From assembly GCA_036677065.1 (NCBI GenBank), contig JAKFBS010000002.1, positions 672,001 through 736,000 of the forward strand: a stretch of DNA of 64,000 bases. The letters run 5' to 3'. Both the position numbers and the translations under genes were made by a program. Shown in pieces: positions 17,295 to 26,200 of the stretch. This DNA is from Bdellovibrio sp. (GTDB lineage: Bacteria; Bdellovibrionota; Bdellovibrionia; Bdellovibrionales; Bdellovibrionaceae). The notes beneath the pieces are model-generated. The model saw only the letters and a list, made by a program, of their open reading frames with translations, did not search any database and was not told the origin of the DNA. Numbering within the stretch: the stretch's first letter is position 1; every line of letters begins with the position of its first letter.

Positions 17295-20200
17295 TTATTC
17301 CCAATCAAGCAGAACTAAACGACCGTCTGGAGTTAAAGCCACCTGACGGGCTTCTTGCACCAAGGCTGTATCACGATCAATAGCTTTAGCGCTCTGTAAT
17401 GAGGTCACACGTGTTTGATCATTCGAGCGTTTGGCGATCTCTGGCGCAATTTTAGTGAATTTATCCCAGACCGCTTGTAATTCATTGAGCTCTTTTTTCT
17501 GACCATCAGTAGGAGTCTTAGTCGCTTTTAAAGAGAACAACCGATCTTCGACTTCATTTAAAGTCATTTTAATTGGAACTCTTTCATTCACGATATATTC
17601 AAAGTTTTTACCATGATCAAAAACTTTGACGACATCCAATCCCGGAATACCTACGTACTTATCACGCGTCTGAACGTAAGTTTGAAAAAAGTCTTTTCCA
17701 CTTTTTTGGCCAGATACGCCAGTTGTTAAAAAAGGAAGTCTAACTACTTTGTTAGGATCTTTCATCGCGTATAAATTTGAAGTATTACCCGCACCAATAT
17801 AATCGCCAAGCTCAAAACTTTCGACCTTACCACTTTGCGCAGAGGTGGCCTGAACCACATCACCTTTTTTAAGTCCTGAAAGTACATTATCGTACTGCGA
17901 TCGTTTAAAATTGATTTGTCTTTCAACTTGCCATGCATTTAATCTAGATGGATCTAAAAGTTTTTGATCAGCTAAATTAACTATCACCGGGTCTTTGATA
18001 GCTGCTGGAGTTCGCTCTAAATTTTTATATTCTAATAATAATTTAGTGGCATTACCTTTTACATCATAATGTACAGAATTGGTGACATCTTTGTTTTTTA
18101 ACCAGCCCGCAAAAGCCGGATCGTTTTTATATCTTTTTAAAAATTCGACTACTTCAGGAGCTTCTGCTTTTTCGTTATCAGAACGTTTCGCAATATTAAC
18201 TAACAAGTAATCTAACGAAGCTTGTGAATGACGTTGATCTAACTTTGCGGCGTCAGCGGCTGCTAAAGTTGCTGCCCGGGCCTGAGGAGCCAGTTTAAAT
18301 TCTTTAAACGGATCGCCGTGTAAGCTTTCTTCGTGGCGTAACATTTTCTCCATCGCGCCAGCCACATCTTCTGCCGGCGAATCGTTAGTTAAAACGATTT
18401 TTTTATCCTGATAACGTAAGGTCATTTTTTTTATTAAACCATTACTGTCTTTGACGACGATTACATTCTGCTGAATAAAATCATTTTGCTTTTGTAAGCG
18501 CGCAATAGCCCCACCCACAAAATGACTAAGCTCTGTTTGCTGGGTTTTAGAAAATTGCGGGCTAGTCGCCGCATGCTGCTGTAAAGCTTCTAACTGGCTC
18601 ATTGTTTTTTCGGGGTTTCCGATTAACATCTCATGCGGAAGCTGTAATCCCTTATTTGGGGGCACACCGATTTCACGAATGGCTGTTTTTGGATTAGCCG
18701 CCAACGGAGCGCCACCTAATTCATAGAAAATTTTATCCACGCCACCACGAGTACCCTGGCTTAAACGATCAAATGTTGAATGCACAATTCCAGCCGGAGA
18801 CTGCGGTGCTGGGTATCTGGGAATCACAACGCCGTTAATGACCTGATCAGTAGCAAAAATAGAATCAGCAAAAAGTAATTTAGCTTTTGGATGTTTGGCA
18901 TTACCTAATGAAGTAGGAACAATATTATTTGATAAAAAACTCCAGTAGCCTTCATTCGGGCCATTATGACCTAAATTTGCTAAGATGCGTTCGCGAAATT
19001 GATTTTGCGTAATATGACCGGCATTTAAATCGCGAATCGCTAACTGCATTCCTGGCAATTCGTGTAAATAGCCCCGAAGCACCGGCACTTCAGCAATGAT
19101 TTCTCTGACTTCTTGATTTGTTAAATTAGGATTCAACAAATTCGGATGCGGAAAACCCAGATCTTTCAGAACCGTTTTTAATTCTTGCGCTGCCGGAGTT
19201 TTCACCGTTCCACGAAGAGTATCAAATAGTTCATCTGATTCTTTGGTGTTTTTTAAAAGTAAGTTTTCTTGAAACTTTGCAAGTTTACCTACATCAGAAT
19301 CAAGCATACCGAATTTTAAACCTTGATAATCTACTCGGGCTTTATCTAAAACCTTAGCCACCACCGGATTACGAGTGGCGGCAATTAAATCTTCCTGATG
19401 TAAAATTGATTTTACTTCTTTAGGAGATAAATCTGCACCTCTTAAAGCCTCTACATAACGATCAACTTGCGCTTCTAACTCGGGTGTTGATTTAGAAATA
19501 CCGGAATGGACCGCCTTTAATTCAACGGGTAACGCAGCACTAGGCGTAACCATAGCTGAAGGCGCTGAAGTGCTTGCTGGTATTCGCTGTGTTTTTTTGA
19601 ACTTTTCAGGATCAATGATTTGTTTTGGATTTTGAATTAAGTCATCCACTGTTAAATCAGCCTGCTCATCTATTTTTTGAAATCCATCTTTGCCAACAAG
19701 GGCTTCAATATCGTTTTTTAATCCGTATTTTTGCGCAATATGCTGTTGCTGTTTACGAATCACTAAAAGTTCTAATTCTTTATTTTTGTTACCATAGCGT
19801 TTTACACCATAAAGAACGCGGTCATACTCGTAACCTAAATTATGATATTGATCCAGAGCTACTTTTTTCACATCTTCGGCCGCATTAGATTTTGTCTTAG
19901 CTAACACCGATTTTTGCGTCGCCATGTGCGCAAGCTCAGTGTTATCTGATATAAATCCAGCCTTAATAGCCGCTTTTGTATTTACTTCGCTGGCCCAAAA
20001 ACTTTTTGCCGTGCTTCCCAGATTATTTTCAATCGTTTCAGCAGTAAGACGGTAATACGGCAGCGCTAGGTCGACATCACCTGATTTTAGAAAGTCATTG
20101 GCTACATTTGAAGAAATGCGCGCAAAGTTTTCTGGTTGAAATTCACGATCTGCGCGGCTTAACCGGTTAACAATCTGACGTTGCTTTTCAATAACCGGAG

Positions 20201-23200
20201 TTAATGGGTGCCCAGAAGTTAATTCAGCGGTGCTACGAAGCCCCATTGAACGGCCTCTAATGCCGATCACGCTATCAAGTTCTTCAACCAATGAATTTGT
20301 AGACGCATTTGATGAACTTAAAGCCTGCGCTTTCACGCGATCTGTTGCCGGATTTCTTGCTACACCTTTAGCTTCAACAACTTGAAAAACACTTTCGCCG
20401 TTTAAAGGCTGTGCACGTTTTGGCACACCCACTTTAGTGCGAAGTTCTGTTAAATAAGCTTTATCATAATCAAGACGACTTTGAGCATTTAATAATTTAA
20501 TTTTTTCTTCACGAGAAAATTCGCGCAACTGCCCCATCGCTTCGCTGCGTGACATATTTACGGGTGTTGAAAAAGATAGGTGCACAGGATCAGTTTTGCC
20601 TTCAACATTATTTAAAGTGATTTGCCAGACCGTAAAGTTTTTATCTCCAGAGCGGCCAACATCTTTTGCGACAATTGAACCCAGTGACTCATCAACTTGA
20701 TCTAAGGCATCACGTGAATCATTAATAAAGGCTTGTCTGCGATCAACGCTGGTTTGCATATTAGAAATATCGCGTTTAACAGCTCTGTTTGGAATTGCCG
20801 GCTTACCCGCTTTGCTTTGCGCAATTACCGTTTGTTTATCGACTGCAAAATTAACCGTGGCGGCTTTGATTTCATCAAAACTAAAACCCTTACCATAACC
20901 TTGCGCTGATAATTCTTTACTGACTGATTGTACTCTTAAGTCACCGCGCGCGCGATCTGTTTTAGTGTGCGACACTTCATGCAGTAGCGTTGAAAAACGA
21001 GCATCCGTATCATAATCGATATTAATATAAACTGCGCCTTCAGGAGTTGTAACTCCAGCACTATTGGCCAGTAATGGGTTGCTGGCATCGTCATAGATGA
21101 CTTTAGTTTTACCTTCAACCTTAAGACGCGCTTTACGGCGTAAATCGGCTAATTGCGCTTCACTGCGTGCGTTTTTAAAATCCTCATCAATTTGTGAACG
21201 CAGCGCCAGCGGATCTTTACTTCGAGACGACTCAACTTTAACACCCACATAGGCAGAATTCGAATCACCTAATTCACGGTCAGTCATTTTTTTAAAGCTG
21301 GTACTGCCATCTTTATTTACAACACCAACAGTGTAAATGATTTCACCTTTGATTTTATCGCGACCTACAACGAGACCCTCTTTGACTTTATCACCAATAC
21401 CGGCGGTCACGACATAATCACCGGTTTTAAGCTGCGCAAGCGGTTTCACAATAATCGGCGTCACCGGTAAATTAGTGACCGATGCTGGCGAACGAATAAT
21501 ATTTTGTGCTAGAGCTAAATTCTCTAAACCTTTAACGCCGCCCCGGCGGTAAGCTTCAAACACAGCGTTTGATGTTACCCCACTGCGGCGGGCTAATTCA
21601 GACAATGCAGAATGAGTTTCAGCATTTAAATCTGGCTTATCGACAGAGCGCCCCTTACCGACAGCATCTTTAGCTGCGCGATGGCCTTCATCTAAGATTT
21701 GTTGCAATTCTGAATTTGATTTACTTTGGTAAGTTGCGCTTCGTTCGCGATCAGCTTTTACTTTTTTCAAAGCGTCTGGCGTAGTTGTCGCTAACAGCTG
21801 ATCTTGAGTTAAATGAATTTGGTTAGCAATACCTGCTTCATCTAAGTACTCAACAACATAAGTTTTAGCTACACCTGGCTTTGCTTCTAGTTGTGATAAT
21901 ACACGACCCTGACGTAATTCGCCATTTCCTAATGGAACCACGATGTCTGGATTTTGTTTTTTATCTTTAGATACCAGTAACGGAGAATCCGGTGTGTTAT
22001 CAACAACAGACGTGGCCTCACGTTTTACAACAGGAGGTTTGCTTCCCCATTCGCGCGTGATTTTAGTGTTTGTTGTGTCTTCTAAATCTGTCTTATAGAT
22101 AATAGTTTCTTTACCGTTAACTTCACGCAGTAAGTAGCCACCATTTTTTGCTGGGCCGGTGATAACACCTTCAAGCTCACCAGTTCCATTAAATTCACTG
22201 ATCAGAACTTTATCACCAACACGTGCATTGCTGGCATCAACGGGAACTGCTTTTTTAGCCACGGCAGCAACAATTGGGGCGCGTTCTAACGAAAGCTCTT
22301 CAGCGTTTGCAATAAACCGAGCATTCGGATTACGTGTAATCTGTGCGTTAGTTAAATCATCTAAATCATTTTTATAAATAATTGTTTCTGCACCATTGGC
22401 TTCGCGTAAGATTAACCCGCCATTATGAGCATCACCTGCAATAGCACCACGCAACTCACCGGTTCCGTTAAACTCGTGAATCACGACTTGATCTCCAATG
22501 CGTACTTCGCTTGGGGTGACTTTGATAAGTTGTGAAATTTCTGATGAGTTATTACCAGTAATACCTTTGCGTAATAAAAGCGTGGCTTCCGGATTTGAAA
22601 AACCAGCTTTACGTAAAATTGCTGTTTTTTCTTTAAGTTCTTTAGCGGTGTAATCAAAATAACCGCGGCCTTCGCCACCCACATTATGTGAAGCTAAAAC
22701 AGCATTTTTCTGCGCTTCGGTTAGCGGGCGTTTTACGTAATCGGCAGCAGCCTTCACCCGTGATGGATTATCTAAATCTCCATTCACTTTTAATTCAGCT
22801 GTTAAACCGCGATAAAATTGCGATTCGCTAGTCGCTTGCGCACCCAAATTAAATTCTTTACCTTGTGAATCCTTAACCCGAATTGTGCCATCTTTGTTTC
22901 TACGAATAAATTTAGCATCTAAATCTGCGCCACCGCCGCCGGCCAAAGCTTCAAAGTTTTTCACAGTGACTTGATCACCGGCTCGAACCATCTCTGGTTT
23001 AATTTTAACTTGCGCGACCACTTCATCACCACGAGCGGCAAAAGCAGAAACCTTGTTGCTAATGATACGCGGAGGCACAACGGCCTCTAAACTTTGACGA
23101 TTGATCGTCTCTATAGCGGGATTAACTTGACGTGCGTACAACGGCGCACGGTCAGTGTATTTATTTAATAAACGACGCTCTGATAAAGATAAGGTCGAAC

Positions 23201-26200
23201 CATCAATATCCGCTTTTTGCACAGCTTTTACAAATTTCTCTGCATTAGCAAATTCGGCATTACCAATATAACCGCCACGAGGATTATAACTCATACTTTG
23301 GCGTAACATTTCAGTATCGAAATCTTTTTTACCCGGAAACAACTTATCAAATAAGGCACTAGATTCTTTTTTCGAACCGACAGAAGCATAATCAAGAGCT
23401 GCGGCTTTATTTTCGTTATAAATTCCCAGTTCACGCGCAACACTTTCACGTTGGCGTGGATTTAAACGAGAGCTTTTAAGACGATCTTGTTCGGCTAAAT
23501 AATCAAGTTGATTTCTGGCATCACCGGCCACTTCAGCTGGATCAACAGCTCTTACGCTAATTGGCGCAGAATCTGCGCTTGCGATTTTTCTGATAACTGC
23601 TGAATCCACTTCTAAACTTTGACGTGGAAGTAACGCCACGTCCGCATTAGTTTGACGTGCATACAATGGCGCACGATCAGTAAATTTATTTAATAAGCGA
23701 CGTTCAGCTAATGATAAATTAGCTGCGTTAATATCTGCTTTTCTTACCGCTGCAACGAATTTTTCTGCATTGGCAAATTCGCGGGCATTGATGTATCCAC
23801 CACGCGGATTAAAACTCATTGTCTGGCGTAATAACGTGTCATCAAAGTCGTTACCATTCGGAAACACTTTACTAAACAACTCCCTAGCTTCTTTACGCGA
23901 AGCGACCGCCGGATAATCCATCGCTGCGATTTTATTTTCATCTGCAATACCTAATTCAAGAGCTGCATTTTGGCGTTGTTTTGGATTTAAATTTAAAGTT
24001 TTTAAGCCATCTTGTTCCGCTAAATAATCTAGTTCATTACGAGCACCACCAGCTTGTGCTGAATTAAACACATCCGCTTGGCTGACATCTGTGCTCTTAG
24101 TACTGACTTGCATTTGCGGTTTAGCTTTACGGGCTAATTTAACTTCTTCATAAAGCTCATTGATTTCTTTATTTTGGCGCTTTGCTAATTCTTCTAAGGC
24201 CCGTTGACCTTCGATATCAATCTTTTTGCTTTTTAAAGCTTTATCAGGCTTACCCGAAACACCATAATCGACATTATAAGCATCGCGCCCGCCGCGAGAA
24301 TCGGCTTGGCGAAGGCTATCATCTAAAATTTGTTCAAGCTCTGCTGATGAACGATCTGCAAAACTAGCACGTCTGGCTTCACGAATTTTTGCCTGGCGTA
24401 CAGCTTGTGGCGTATTAGCTTTTTTAAGTTCTATTTCATTCATGCGCACAACAGTTGCTGGTTTTCCCGGAGGATAAATCTCAACTTCGTATTGGCCTTT
24501 GCCATTTGGACCACTAATAACTTTACCTGGATAAGAAACATCTTTTCCAACCACAGGTACATTAATTATTGGGTTTTCAATTTTACCTGGTAATTTTACG
24601 TTCGCTGCCGTTAATTCAGCAGCCGTTTTACGAGTGCGCCCGATGCCTGCACCCTTTTGATAAAATTCAACTTCATAATACCCGCGCGCATCCGGGCCAC
24701 TCATTACCGCCCCTGGATTTGTGCGGCCAGTATTTCCCATCGGGACTTCAAGTTGTTTACCTTTGATGATATCAAATTTTGGAATTGCCGATTGTTCTGA
24801 AACAATGCGCACATTATCTAAGCCTGGGCTTCCGGTTACACCTTTACGCAATAAAAGACTGGCTTCATCTTCACTTAGACCTGCATCACGTAACGCTTTA
24901 GCTTTTTGGCGAAGTTCAGTTTTACTTAAAGCAAAAATGCCTTTGTCCTCGGCGATCTTATGCGATTTAAGAACTGCTTGTTGTTGGACCGCAGTCAGTG
25001 GTCTTTGCAAATAATTCTCGGCCGTTTTTACGCGGACTACATCATCAGCAATTTCTAAGTTTTGTTTAATTTCTGCAGTTAAACCACGTGAAAACTCAGC
25101 ATCTTTGACTTCAGATTTAATTAAATCAAATTCTTTACCGGCTTCATCTTTAACGCGTACAGTGCCGTCAGTGTTTTTTCTAACCACACTGGCATTAAGC
25201 TCTGATCCGCCCTCAAAGTTTTTAACATTAACGGCATCACCAGGACGAATAAATTCTTCTTTTAATTTTATTTTTTCAACGACTTCAGTCGCGCCCGCTT
25301 TCGCCGTCGGTGGCGCTAAACGTTCTGCAGATTTAACTTCATCACGAAGCAAATCAAATTCTTTACCATTACCATCGCTAACGCGCAGTAAGCCATTTTC
25401 TAATTTTTTAACAATTTTAAATTCAGCATCTTTGCCACCTTCAAAATTAGAAACTTTAATTTGTTCACCTTCGATGAAACGCACATTATCGCTCTTATCA
25501 ACATAAGTCGTTGGCCTGTTATCGACCTTCGCATTTATTTGCGGAGTAGAGCCTGAGCCACCGCCGCTATTCGATTTAAAAATTGAAACTGGCTCAGGTT
25601 TAACTTTTGCAAAACTGGCTACAGGAGCAACTGCACCAGTGTTATTATTAGAAGTTAAAGCTCTGACTAATTCATCTTCAGCAGCCGTCGAGGGTGCATT
25701 CTGTGTGAACGATTCAGATGCCGGAGAGCGGCTTGAGCCTCTTTGAACATTATTTGCAGGAGCTGCATTGCCAAAATTCTGCATATCAGCTTGCGCAATG
25801 ACAGGCTGATTACGTTGAATAACTGGGGTTGCAACCGCTTGCGCAGCCGCCGCTGGACGGCTTGGTGCTGCCGCGACAGCCATTGCACTATTGTTGCTGC
25901 TGCTGCTCCGCATATCAAGTCCTGCAGGTTGCGAATAGTTTGCCACTGAAGGTGTCATTGTTTTCGCAGGCTGCGGAATAACTTTGTTTTGCGCAACCGC
26001 TTGCTCAGTTTTCAGTTTGCTGGCTAAAAATTCATAAAACTGATTGTCATCTTTTATTTCTGGATTTGTTTGATATAATTCTTGTGCCCTAACTCTTCTT
26101 GAACGCATGCTGCCGTCACGGTGCTGATAAGCAACTTCAGCCATATTACCTTGAGGAGTCTGTTGTAATTTTGTTACAGTTGCAGGAATTATTTCGCCAG

